This document shows, piece after piece, positions 1 through 7,095 of a stretch of DNA of 64,000 nucleotides. The stretch spans positions 32,001-96,000 of IMG/VR virus record IMGVR_UViG_3300032265_002598; one strand, 5' to 3'. A program made the position numbers and the translations under genes. The first letter of the stretch is position 1. Every line of letters starts with the position of its first letter. The notes below the pieces were generated by a model, which had not been told where the DNA came from, did not search any database, and saw only the letters and a list, made by a program, of their open reading frames with translations. Origin of the DNA: a virus (Duplodnaviria; Caudoviricetes).

Positions 1-135
1 TGCAATTATCATGCCAAACTTTTTTGGCACAGCATTTGCGTTGCCACTTGACGTAAAGTGTTGGTACATAAGCACTTATGGCAAATTCGGCCCCGAAAAT
101 TCGTCGTAAGTCCTTTGGTGTCAAGGGTTTACGTC
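1..135. repeat. Non-coding regulatory cassette copy 1 (sigma54-like boxes + two TAA-N4-TT-N7-AA-N4-TTA palindromes); may be cut by window edge
   Basis: -24/-12-type boxes: minus 1-16 (TGGCATGATAATTGCA), plus 25-40 (TGGCACAGCATTTGCG), minus 31-46 (TGGCAACGCAAATGCT). Palindromes start at 54 and 107. Blocks shared with 1614-1793 and 2719-2858. Confidence 0.85.
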
Positions 136-157
136 GAATCTTTTGTACACTACTATA

Positions 158-475
158 CTACTGTATAGTCATCCCCTCAATATAGGGGAATACCTTACCA
201 TTTGTGTGTACGTTCCACTCTCCCTTAGTTTGTCGAACATATCCCGGTATATACTTATTCATTCGATCCTTAGTCGTTGGACTATACCATCCCCCATTTC
301 GCAGGGTATAGGTATTATCCTCATGGATTGTCACGACATAGGTACTGTGTAGCATGATCCCTACGCTACCATTCGGCAGAATTTCAGCATAGGTGTTGTT
401 GCCTACCTTGCGGGATTGCCGGCCTGTCTTACCATGTACCATCTTTACTGCTTCGGCGTGTGTCATTTTGTTCAC
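158..475 (-). CDS. Phage hypothetical protein (GGWxxxTTKxRxN type); ATG at 466 is the likely start
   Basis: ORF track 105 aa; overlaps the stop of the upstream minus-strand ORF. Confidence 0.75.
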   Translation of the reverse strand: MNKMTHAEAVKMVHGKTGRQSRKVGNNTYAEILPNGSVGIMLHSTYVVTIHEDNTYTLRNGGWYSPTTKDRMNKYIPGYVRQTKGEWNVHTNGKVFPYIEGMTIQ

Positions 476-579
476 CAGCTTTCGCTGATCATCCCTAGTA
501 ATTGTTGAAGAAACTGTAAAATCTCTTTAATGTTATAAGTAGCATAATCTACATAACCATCGGGCAGATACCTAGACAT
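472..579 (-). CDS. Small hypothetical protein (35 aa, MSRYLPDGY...)
   Basis: ATG at 579 preceded by GAGGGA; 3' part of track ORF 472..657. Confidence 0.55.
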   Translation of the reverse strand: MSRYLPDGYVDYATYNIKEILQFLQQLLGMISESW

Positions 580-586
580 AATTCCC

Positions 587-706
587 TCAGTCGTTGTCGT
601 GAAGAATGGAATGGATAGCGTCGGCAACTTGACCCGCAGTGTAACTAATAAAACCACAGAAGCATAGAAGGCCGGCCAATACGATATAATCTACAAATGT
701 CAACAT
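587..706 (-). CDS. Small membrane protein (39 aa, MLTFVDYIVLAGLLCFCGFISYTAG...)
   Basis: Translated by hand; directly downstream of promoter 732-761 with an A/G-rich leader; one hydrophobic helix. Confidence 0.65.
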   Translation of the reverse strand: MLTFVDYIVLAGLLCFCGFISYTAGQVADAIHSILHDND

Positions 707-731
707 ATTTTTTCTTTTCTATTGTTTTCCT

Positions 732-761
732 ATTATACTCTATCGTTTGCCGGCCTGTCAA
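732..761 (-). promoter_or_regulatory. sigma70-like promoter TTGACA-N18-TATAAT with CGATA in the spacer
   Basis: Minus strand reads TTGACAggccggcaaaCGATAgagTATAAT. Confidence 0.8.
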
Positions 762-931
762 TCCTTACAATATTGCAAGGCATCCTGCATATTAGCTAAT
801 TCGGCTTTGAGTTGTTCTAAGCTATACATTTCACGACCGGGCCAATAATCCCCGATCATGTCTTTCAGATTGAAGATATAGATTTCAACTTCTTTTTTTG
901 TCATATTCTGTATAGCGTAACTTTTTTTCAT
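758..931 (-). CDS. Small hypothetical protein (57 aa, MKKSYAIQNMTKKEVEIYIF...)
   Basis: Hand-translated; purine-rich leader after promoter 955-984; its TGA stop lies inside the next -35 box. Confidence 0.65.
   Translation of the reverse strand: MKKSYAIQNMTKKEVEIYIFNLKDMIGDYWPGREMYSLEQLKAELANMQDALQYCKD
763..780. promoter_or_regulatory. Operator-like palindrome CCTTAC-AATATT-GCAAGG
   Basis: Abuts -35 box; near-identical copies at 1211-1234 and 2369-2392. Confidence 0.65.
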
Positions 932-954
932 TTCTTTTCTCTTTTCTTTTCTCT

Positions 955-984
955 ATTATACTCTATCGGCTATTCTGTTATCAA
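955..984 (-). promoter_or_regulatory. sigma70-like promoter TTGATA-N18-TATAAT
   Basis: Minus strand reads TTGATAacagaatagcCGATAgagTATAAT. Confidence 0.7.
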
Positions 985-987
985 CCC

Positions 988-1146
988 TTAGAGATCCCAA
1001 ATATTTTTTGAAGTATAGGGGAGCAAATCATCAATCGGGAAGCCCGTAGCTTCTGCAACAATCTTTCGGGCTGTAATCCAGTCAGCCGCTTTTGCTTGAC
1101 CGATAAACTTGTGATCGCCATAGCTGAAGAAGTAAAACGTTTTCAT
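988..1146 (-). CDS. Small hypothetical protein (52 aa, MKTFYFFSYGDHKFIG...)
   Basis: Hand-translated; follows promoter 1176-1205 and a purine-rich leader. Confidence 0.65.
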   Translation of the reverse strand: MKTFYFFSYGDHKFIGQAKAADWITARKIVAEATGFPIDDLLPYTSKNIWDL

Positions 1147-1175
1147 TTTCTTTTTTCCTTTTCTCTTGTTTCTCT

Positions 1176-1205
1176 ATTATACAGTATCGGTTATTGTCTT
1201 GTCAA
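1176..1205 (-). promoter_or_regulatory. sigma70-like promoter TTGACA-N18-TATAAT
   Basis: Minus strand reads TTGACAagacaataacCGATActgTATAAT. Confidence 0.8.
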
Positions 1206-1210
1206 CTCTT

Positions 1211-1234
1211 GAACCTTGCAATGTCGTAAGGTTC
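1211..1234. promoter_or_regulatory. Operator-like palindrome GAACCTTGC-AATGTC-GTAAGGTTC
   Basis: 5 nt upstream of the -35 box; repeated three times in the region. Confidence 0.7.
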
Positions 1235-1481
1235 AGGCAAAATCCTCTTCACCAAAGAAATCATCGAGCCATTGATCGTCAGTCTCGATATGATCCTCAG
1301 CATCCCCCATAATGGGGTCCCAACCTTCGCCATCGTCAAGGCCGGGAATGTAGTCGGCTTCCATGCTATCGTCTGCAATGATCGTGCAATGCTCACCACA
1401 CTGCGAGCAAATCTCATGATCCACATTGCTTTCAGCATTGCAGCAATCGGAAACGTATAAGGTATTCTTTTCCATTTTCAT
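1233..1481 (-). CDS. Small acidic protein with CC...CxxC...C putative zinc ribbon
   Basis: 82 aa; SDCCNAES..ICSQCGEHC, then a very Asp/Glu-rich tail. Confidence 0.75.
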   Translation of the reverse strand: MKMEKNTLYVSDCCNAESNVDHEICSQCGEHCTIIADDSMEADYIPGLDDGEGWDPIMGDAEDHIETDDQWLDDFFGEEDFA

Positions 1482-1613
1482 TTTCTCTTTTCTTTCTTGT
1501 TCTCTTTTCTCTTATATCGACATTATACAGTAGATTCTGAAACATTCAAGCAAAATCCAAAAAGATTTATGTCAAGAGATTTTGACAAAACTTTTCATCA
1601 TTTTCTATACGAT

Positions 1614-1793
1614 TGGCATACCATTTGCCCTATGCAATTATCGTGCCAAACTTTTTTGGCATGAAATTTGCTGTGTGTTAAGATAGGTAAGATTGGGCCA
1701 AAAACGTGTCGTAAGTCATTGCAGCATAAGCACTTACGACGAGCCGGCCGCCGCGAATTTGACGTAAGTCCTTTATCCATAAGGGTTTGCGTC
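1614..1793. repeat. Non-coding regulatory cassette copy 2
   Basis: sigma54-like boxes: plus 1614-1629, minus 1633-1648 (TGGCACGATAATTGCA), plus 1657-1672 (TGGCATGAAATTTGCT). Palindromes start at 1712 and 1765. Confidence 0.85.
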
Positions 1794-1820
1794 AAGCCGG
1801 CCAGTATACAAGCGTATACC

Positions 1821-1913
1821 CTACAGGATAGCGTATAGCTCACCTAGTAGAGTACATGCCCTATATGCTAGAACAGTTAGCAGTATACAGGCGATCAGGT
1901 CTACAATTATCAT
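1821..1913 (-). CDS. Tiny membrane peptide (30 aa, MIIVDLIACILLTVLAYRAC...)
   Basis: ATGA overlap with the upstream ORF; hydrophobic. Confidence 0.5.
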   Translation of the reverse strand: MIIVDLIACILLTVLAYRACTLLGELYAIL

Positions 1914-2065
1914 ACACACGCCTCTTCTTTAGCTTGGAGAGATTCAACAAGAGCCCAACATTCATTGAACGTGATATGTCGGGCGATTACCACCCCACCA
2001 TACCACACTTCATATCGATCCCCTGTACGATTGGAAGTATTCCAGTAGATCATTTTCTTTTGCAT
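1910..2065 (-). CDS. Small hypothetical protein (51 aa, MQKKMIYWNTSNRTGDRYEVWYGG...)
   Basis: Hand-translated; downstream of promoter 2087-2115; GAGG in the leader. Confidence 0.65.
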   Translation of the reverse strand: MQKKMIYWNTSNRTGDRYEVWYGGVVIARHITFNECWALVESLQAKEEACV

Positions 2066-2086
2066 GGCTTGTATCCTCTTTTCCGT

Positions 2087-2115
2087 ATTGTATACGTTGT
2101 CCGTTTAGGTGTCAA
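2087..2115 (-). promoter_or_regulatory. sigma70-like promoter TTGACA-N17-TACAAT
   Basis: Direct reading of the minus strand. Confidence 0.75.
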
Positions 2116-2300
2116 GCGGTAGCCAAATAATTGCAAGAAACACACTTGTCGAGATACATTGAACGATATCCAACATTCTCGATTTTCAACGTGAACAACA
2201 GGCGATATCCTTCCATATACTTGACGCTCACGATTTCCCCAACAAACTTTTCACCCGTAGCATATTCGACCGAGACGTTGTATCCGATTTCCATTTTCAT
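2112..2300 (-). CDS. Small beta-rich hypothetical protein (SH3-like pattern)
   Basis: 62 aa ORF; promoter 2335-2362 upstream; stop lies inside the next TTGACA. Confidence 0.7.
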   Translation of the reverse strand: MKMEIGYNVSVEYATGEKFVGEIVSVKYMEGYRLLFTLKIENVGYRSMYLDKCVSCNYLATA

Positions 2301-2334
2301 TTCCTTTTCTTTATCGTTCGTTTCTTGTTTCTGT

Positions 2335-2362
2335 ATTATACATATCGTCTTTTGAGTGTCAA
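2335..2362 (-). promoter_or_regulatory. sigma70-like promoter TTGACA-N16-TATAAT
   Basis: Minus strand reads TTGACActcaaaagaCGATAtgTATAAT. Confidence 0.7.
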
Positions 2363-2368
2363 CAGCTT

Positions 2369-2392
2369 GAACCTTACAATATCGTAAGGTTC
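2369..2392. promoter_or_regulatory. Operator-like palindrome GAACCTTAC-AATATC-GTAAGGTTC
   Basis: Perfect 9-bp arms, 6 nt upstream of the -35 box. Confidence 0.7.
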
Positions 2393-2399
2393 GCCGGCC

Positions 2400-2633
2400 T
2401 TACGGAAGATAGGCTTCATCTACAACATAACCCATTTCGTCAATTTCAATCCATCCACCATCGTCAAGAAATCCGATTTCTCCGTCAATGCAGATTTGGT
2501 TGTATCCACTCTCACGAACCTTTTCTAGCAGATCGCCAGCAAATGCAACCTGATTCACCAGAGTATCCATTGAACCTCTGTTGAGCAGTTCAGTCAGTTC
2601 AGCCACAGTATTCAGTACGATCATGTTTTTCAT
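2400..2633 (-). CDS. Small acidic hypothetical protein (77 aa from ATG 2633)
   Basis: The upstream part of track ORF 2400..2717 is actually promoter/leader (TTGAAA-N16-TATAAT at 2668-2695). Confidence 0.7.
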   Translation of the reverse strand: MKNMIVLNTVAELTELLNRGSMDTLVNQVAFAGDLLEKVRESGYNQICIDGEIGFLDDGGWIEIDEMGYVVDEAYLP

Positions 2634-2718
2634 TTTCTTATCCTTTTCTTTTTTCTCTTGTGCTTTCATTATACAGTATTTATCGACCATTTCAATAGAA
2701 AAAATAAAAAATTCCAAA

Positions 2719-2858
2719 ATATAATTTCATGCCAAATAATTTTTTTCTTTTTGGCATACCACTTGCGTTAAAACTTGACGTAAACCATTGGCACATAAGC
2801 ACTTAGGACGAATTTTCGGGATAGAGATCTTCATAAGTCCTTTGTTTATATACCTTTA
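2719..2858. repeat. Non-coding regulatory cassette copy 3 (more degenerate)
   Basis: Degenerate minus box 2719-2734; plus box 2752-2767 (TGGCATACCACTTGCG). Palindromes start at 2781 and 2834. Confidence 0.75.
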
Positions 2859-2990
2859 CAGAAGAAGGGGGTTTTTTCATTCTCCCCAGATAAGAGCGAA
2901 AACTCTTGAAAAAGGCCGGGTGGTCCAAAAATAGTAGGCACCACCATATATAATTGGCCAGTTTATTAGCCAGTATTCCCCACCTTTAAT

Positions 2991-3027
2991 AAAAAAGCCC
3001 CTGGCATTCATTTCTACCAGAGGCTTT
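2991..3027 (-). terminator. Rho-independent terminator
   Basis: Minus strand AAAGCCTCTGG...CCAGGGGCTTTTTT downstream of 3053..3355. Confidence 0.7.
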
Positions 3028-3052
3028 CTTAATCAAGCTTACCAGAAACTTT

Positions 3053-3355
3053 CTAATAAGAGTACAACCGGTTCATTGGACCATAGTTCCAATGTTTCCA
3101 ACAAGGACTCCTTCTTTCAACCACTACTGGTTGATTATAGTAATAAACTGGTGCCACCACATTCTGCATCACCGTTACCGGACGATAAACTACCACTGGA
3201 GCTGGTTGAACTACCACTGGCTGAAGAACTGTCACAGGATACTGAACTACTGTATAGCCATATCCATACTGATAAGGCCCCCAACCATAATCCTGAGAAT
3301 ATCCAGTTGTCCCTAAAACTCCCACCATTAACATTGCCCACAATAAACTTCTCAT
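3053..3355 (-). CDS. Secreted Tyr/Val/Pro-rich small protein with signal peptide
   Basis: N-terminal hydrophobic signal, PVVV repeats; good GGAGA RBS. Confidence 0.75.
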   Translation of the reverse strand: MRSLLWAMLMVGVLGTTGYSQDYGWGPYQYGYGYTVVQYPVTVLQPVVVQPAPVVVYRPVTVMQNVVAPVYYYNQPVVVERRSPCWKHWNYGPMNRLYSY

Positions 3356-3379
3356 AATCTTCTCCTTTAAGTTAAGTAT

Positions 3380-3411
3380 AAAAAAAGAGGCCCAGCAATC
3401 TGCCGAGCCCC
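3380..3411 (-). terminator. Probable Rho-independent terminator
   Basis: GC hairpin (CTCGGCA/TGCTGGG) followed by a T7 run on the minus strand. Confidence 0.5.
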
Positions 3412-3436
3412 CATTTTATCACTTTTGATGATGAAT

Positions 3437-3673
3437 TCAACCAGTGACAGTAGTATCGGACGATTCTGATGTTGTCACCACACGATTTTTACTAGGACGA
3501 CCCCTTGGTTTCTTTAGTGCCAGCTTTCGTCTTTGTCTACGAACCATTGCTGTTGTAATATTTTGACCAGTCATTTGACTCAATTTGACCCCCAAAACTT
3601 CATCACATAACAATGTATGATTATTCTGAATAAACTCTGTTTCACTAGATGACCACTTTTTATATGTTGCCAT
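3437..3673 (-). CDS. Small DNA-binding protein (Myb/HTH-like plus AT-hook-like PRGRP)
   Basis: KKWSSSETEFI...MVRRQRRKLALKKPRGRP. Confidence 0.65.
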   Translation of the reverse strand: MATYKKWSSSETEFIQNNHTLLCDEVLGVKLSQMTGQNITTAMVRRQRRKLALKKPRGRPSKNRVVTTSESSDTTVTG

Positions 3674-3757
3674 TTTTTACTTTCCTGAATAAAGTTGACT
3701 AAAAGTGTAAGAACTCTATTATAGTAGTAGTTGACAAGTTTAGCGCAAGGAGAGAAT

Positions 3758-3922
3758 ATGACTAATCCTGAATTTAATATTGTCGATTCCATATTGACCG
3801 TTAAAGCATCCGGAACAGACCTCAATATCGACCAAGATCTATCACTTCCTCAAGGAAAGAGTATAGCTCAGTTATTATATGACCAAGAAAATTACCCAGT
3901 CAAAGAAGACCCCCAAGAATAA
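3758..3922 (+). CDS. Small hypothetical protein (54 aa)
   Basis: AAGGAGAG RBS before ATG 3758; overlaps the sigma factor gene by 44 nt. Confidence 0.5.
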   Translation: MTNPEFNIVDSILTVKASGTDLNIDQDLSLPQGKSIAQLLYDQENYPVKEDPQE

Positions 3923-4553
3923 AACTCTTCCTGATCAATTGCCCCACGGTGTTACTGAAAAAGAGTTCCTATCAGTATTAGATAATATAAGCAAAAGATT
4001 AGGCCACAAATTTAAATTTGGCTATCATAGTTTCGATGATATGAAGCAACAAGCTGCTATATTTGCTTTGGAAGGTCTACAAAAATATGATAATAAAAGA
4101 CCTCTTGAAAACTTTTTATGGACCCACGTTAGAAATCGCCTCTTCAACTATAAAAGAGATAACTATCAAAGGCCCGATAAACCCTGTTTAACTTGCCCCC
4201 TATATGATGCTCATTGTAAAAAATCCACTAGTGGTTGTTTAGAATATGACAATAAGACCGACTGTGAATTATATCAAACATGGGATGCCAGAAATTCATC
4301 CAAAAAGAACATTATGAAACCCATAGGAATGGATGATGTTCAAGATACTTCCCACAACCACCACAAAACCACCGATGTTCCCAATACTGTTTTTAACAAA
4401 CAAATAATTGACCTATTAGACCAACACATTCCTGCACAATATCGTGAGACCTATCTTAGACTCAAATATGGAGAAAAGATATACAAAAGCGATATGACCA
4501 AATTACTTTCAGTTATCACAGATCTTTTAAGAGAACATGGCTATGAATACTAA
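3879..4553 (+). CDS. Phage sigma70-family (ECF/late-type) sigma factor with a Cys-rich insertion
   Basis: Region-2-like DDMKQQAAIFALEGLQKYDNKRPLENFLWTHVRNRLFNYKRD; CLTCPL..C..C..C insertion. Confidence 0.8.
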   Translation: MTKKITQSKKTPKNKTLPDQLPHGVTEKEFLSVLDNISKRLGHKFKFGYHSFDDMKQQAAIFALEGLQKYDNKRPLENFLWTHVRNRLFNYKRDNYQRPDKPCLTCPLYDAHCKKSTSGCLEYDNKTDCELYQTWDARNSSKKNIMKPIGMDDVQDTSHNHHKTTDVPNTVFNKQIIDLLDQHIPAQYRETYLRLKYGEKIYKSDMTKLLSVITDLLREHGYEY

Positions 4554-5376
4554 AGGCCCCAAGAAGCGTGGACAACTAGGACTTGATGAAGAGAAATATA
4601 TAAGAGACAATATTTTCTCATTATCTATTGAGACTATTGCTGAAAATTTAAATCGGTCAACCGCTCCAGTACAAAGATATATTGATGAGGCCCGACTAAC
4701 TCAAGATCCTGAAGAGGCCACCGATGACCGCGTTCTACGTCAGAAACTTCATGGCAAAAACTTCTGGATAGAAATTAAAAGGCAGTTTGATGAAGACAGC
4801 GGAGAACTAGAATACTTTGAAAGTTTATGGATTAATTTAATTAGACAGTTTAGAGAAGACGTTTTGCCCGCCGAAGAACTTCAAATCAAACAATTCATCA
4901 CTATCGACATTCTTATTAATAGAAGTATGAAAGAACGCAAACGTCACATTAGTGAAACTGAAAAACTCCAAAAGCAAGTTGATAAAGAATATGACAAATC
5001 GGAAACCGAAAGAGATATTCCCAAGCTTGTTAACATGGAAACCCAATTAAGTTTCGCCCGTAATAGCATTGCCAATTACACCAACGAATATACCAAGCTG
5101 CTCAACGAACAACAAAAGATCAGCAAGGATCTTAAAGCGACCAGAGAGCAAAGAATCAAAAGAATCGAAGACGGAAAAAGTTCTTGGGTGGGTTTGATAA
5201 GAATGTTAGAAGATGAAGAAATTAGAGAGCGTGAGGGGCGTGAGATGGAAATTATTAGCATGGCAACTGATAAGGTAATGCTCACACTAGAAGGTTATCA
5301 TCAATATGCCGATGGGGGAATTGACAGTCCATTTTTAACAGCAGAAAGCGTTTTAGAAAAAGAGGATAAAGAATGA
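4537..5376 (+). CDS. HTH + coiled-coil protein; candidate terminase small subunit
   Basis: N-terminal HTH-like SIETIAENLNRS, long coiled coil, position upstream of TerL. Confidence 0.45.
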   Translation: MAMNTKGPKKRGQLGLDEEKYIRDNIFSLSIETIAENLNRSTAPVQRYIDEARLTQDPEEATDDRVLRQKLHGKNFWIEIKRQFDEDSGELEYFESLWINLIRQFREDVLPAEELQIKQFITIDILINRSMKERKRHISETEKLQKQVDKEYDKSETERDIPKLVNMETQLSFARNSIANYTNEYTKLLNEQQKISKDLKATREQRIKRIEDGKSSWVGLIRMLEDEEIREREGREMEIISMATDKVMLTLEGYHQYADGGIDSPFLTAESVLEKEDKE

Positions 5377-6353
5377 AAACAGCATTAGTAACGGGAATTA
5401 CTGGACAAGACGGATCTTATTTAGCAGAACTCTTATTAGAGAAAAACTATAGGGTGGTGGGACTTCATCGAAGATCTAGTACTAATAATTTTGAAAGAAT
5501 ACGTTCCATAGTGGGAAATGTTAATTTTTTACTAGAAGAATTTGATCTAACAGATCCTTCGGGAATTAACAGAATCGTAGATCAATATCAGCCACAAGAG
5601 TTTTATAATCTGGGCGCTCAGAGTCATGTGGGAACTAGCTTTAAACAAGCTACCACAACCTTTGAAATTAATACGGTGGGAGTAGTTAATATATTAGAGA
5701 GTATTCGTAACTTATCTCCTAATACAAAATTTTATCAGGCTAGTACTAGCGAAATGTTTGGGCGAAATTATAGTGAGGGGCCAGATGGTAGCAAATATCA
5801 AAATGAAAATACATTAATGCTTCCTCAAAGTCCTTATGGTGTTGCCAAGCTGGCTAGTTATCACATGGTGGAAATATATCGGTCTTCCTATGGATTATTT
5901 GGCTGTTCTGGCATTTTATTTAATCATGAGAGCCCCAGACGAGGAGAGAATTTTTTAACTCGTAAGGTGACTAAGTATATAGGACAACTAGTAAAAGGAT
6001 TAACTAAGGAAAAATTGAAACTGGGTAATTTAGATGCTCAAAGAGACTGGGGACATGCTAAAGATTATGTAAGAGCAATGTATCTTATGTTGCAGCAAGA
6101 CTCTCCAGAGGATTTTGTAATTGCCACAGGAAGAACTCGATCTGTACATGAATTTGTGGAAACAGCCTTTAAACTAATAAATGCTAATTATCAAGATCAT
6201 GTTGAAATTGATAGCGACTTATTCCGACCAGCCGAAGTAGAATTTCTTAAGGGGGATGCTACTAAAGCAGAAACCAAACTAAATTGGAAGCCAGAGATTT
6301 CCTTTGAAGATTTAATTATGGATATGATTAATAACGATATTATGATGAAATAA
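5373..6353 (+). CDS. gmd: GDP-mannose 4,6-dehydratase
   Basis: ALVTGITGQDGSYLAELLL, YNLGAQSHV, YQASTSEMFG, SPYGVAK, GILFNHESPRRGENF, GNLDAQRDWGHAKDYV. Confidence 0.97.
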   Translation: MKTALVTGITGQDGSYLAELLLEKNYRVVGLHRRSSTNNFERIRSIVGNVNFLLEEFDLTDPSGINRIVDQYQPQEFYNLGAQSHVGTSFKQATTTFEINTVGVVNILESIRNLSPNTKFYQASTSEMFGRNYSEGPDGSKYQNENTLMLPQSPYGVAKLASYHMVEIYRSSYGLFGCSGILFNHESPRRGENFLTRKVTKYIGQLVKGLTKEKLKLGNLDAQRDWGHAKDYVRAMYLMLQQDSPEDFVIATGRTRSVHEFVETAFKLINANYQDHVEIDSDLFRPAEVEFLKGDATKAETKLNWKPEISFEDLIMDMINNDIMMK

Positions 6354-6356
6354 ATA

Positions 6357-6626
6357 ATGTTTAGAAACTATAAAGACCCCAAATATAAACAGTGGAGATT
6401 ATCAGTATATAAAAGAGATAAGAACCATTGTCGGTGGCCAGGGTGTAATTTAAAAAGAAAACTTAATGCTCATCACATAATGACTTGGGCCAAATTTCCT
6501 GGTTTAAGGTTTGAGGTTAGTAATGGAATAACATTGTGTAAATATCATCATGACCTTATTAAAGGTATGGAAGATATCTATGCTCCTACATTTTTAAAGA
6601 TTCTTGCCAATGACAGACTACAATAA
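6357..6626 (+). CDS. HNH endonuclease
   Basis: RDKNHCRWPGC...LNAHHI...NGITLCKYHH. Confidence 0.9.
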   Translation: MFRNYKDPKYKQWRLSVYKRDKNHCRWPGCNLKRKLNAHHIMTWAKFPGLRFEVSNGITLCKYHHDLIKGMEDIYAPTFLKILANDRLQ

Positions 6627-7095
6627 TTTTGAAATCATCATAGACACCAGAGAACAACAACCCTGGGTCTTTGATCATCATTCAGTATCCTCAGAAAAGC
6701 TTGATACAGGAGACTATTCTGTAAGGGGGCTTGAAGAGATATTGTGCATTGAGAGGAAAAAGAGTGTTAGCGAAATAGCCAACAATATCACAGAAAAAAG
6801 ATTCAAAGATGTTGTTGACCGCATGAAACAATATAAATATTCATTTTTGTTATTTGAATTTGACCTAGAAGATATTCTTATCTATCCAGTAGGTTCAACT
6901 GTTCCAAAGAAAATGTGGGATAAAATTAAAATCTCTCCCAACTTTATAATAAAGCACCTAGTAGAACTACAAGTGTTTTTTAATATAAAGGTTCTTTTTT
7001 GCGGCTGTCCATCCAATGCCGAAAGAATGGCTTTATCCATCATGAAAAAGGTATACGAAATTGAAGGACCACCAAAACCAAAAGAAAATATTTGA
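6610..7095 (+). CDS. ERCC4/XPF-domain nuclease (putative junction resolvase)
   Basis: IIIDTREQ...LDTGDYS...IERKKSVSE motif. Confidence 0.88.
   Translation: MTDYNNFEIIIDTREQQPWVFDHHSVSSEKLDTGDYSVRGLEEILCIERKKSVSEIANNITEKRFKDVVDRMKQYKYSFLLFEFDLEDILIYPVGSTVPKKMWDKIKISPNFIIKHLVELQVFFNIKVLFCGCPSNAERMALSIMKKVYEIEGPPKPKENI

Noticed and set aside
1598-1843. Track ORF 1598..1843 (-)
   Set aside because: It simply reads through the non-coding cassette; the KCLCCNDLR sequence is a by-product of the palindrome.
1-2858. CRISPR array or structured ncRNA reading of the repeated cassette
   Set aside because: No regular repeat-spacer periodicity. Some palindromes in copies 1 and 2 pair on the + strand with G-U wobbles, but copy 3 keeps the TAA/TT/TTA positions while losing pairing, which favours a protein-binding site. 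An RNA role is not fully excluded.
143-3357. Plus-strand ORFs 143..352, 1272..1460, 1856..2122, 2131..2355, 3076..3357, 3092..3316
   Set aside because: Antisense shadows of minus-strand genes that have promoters and leaders.
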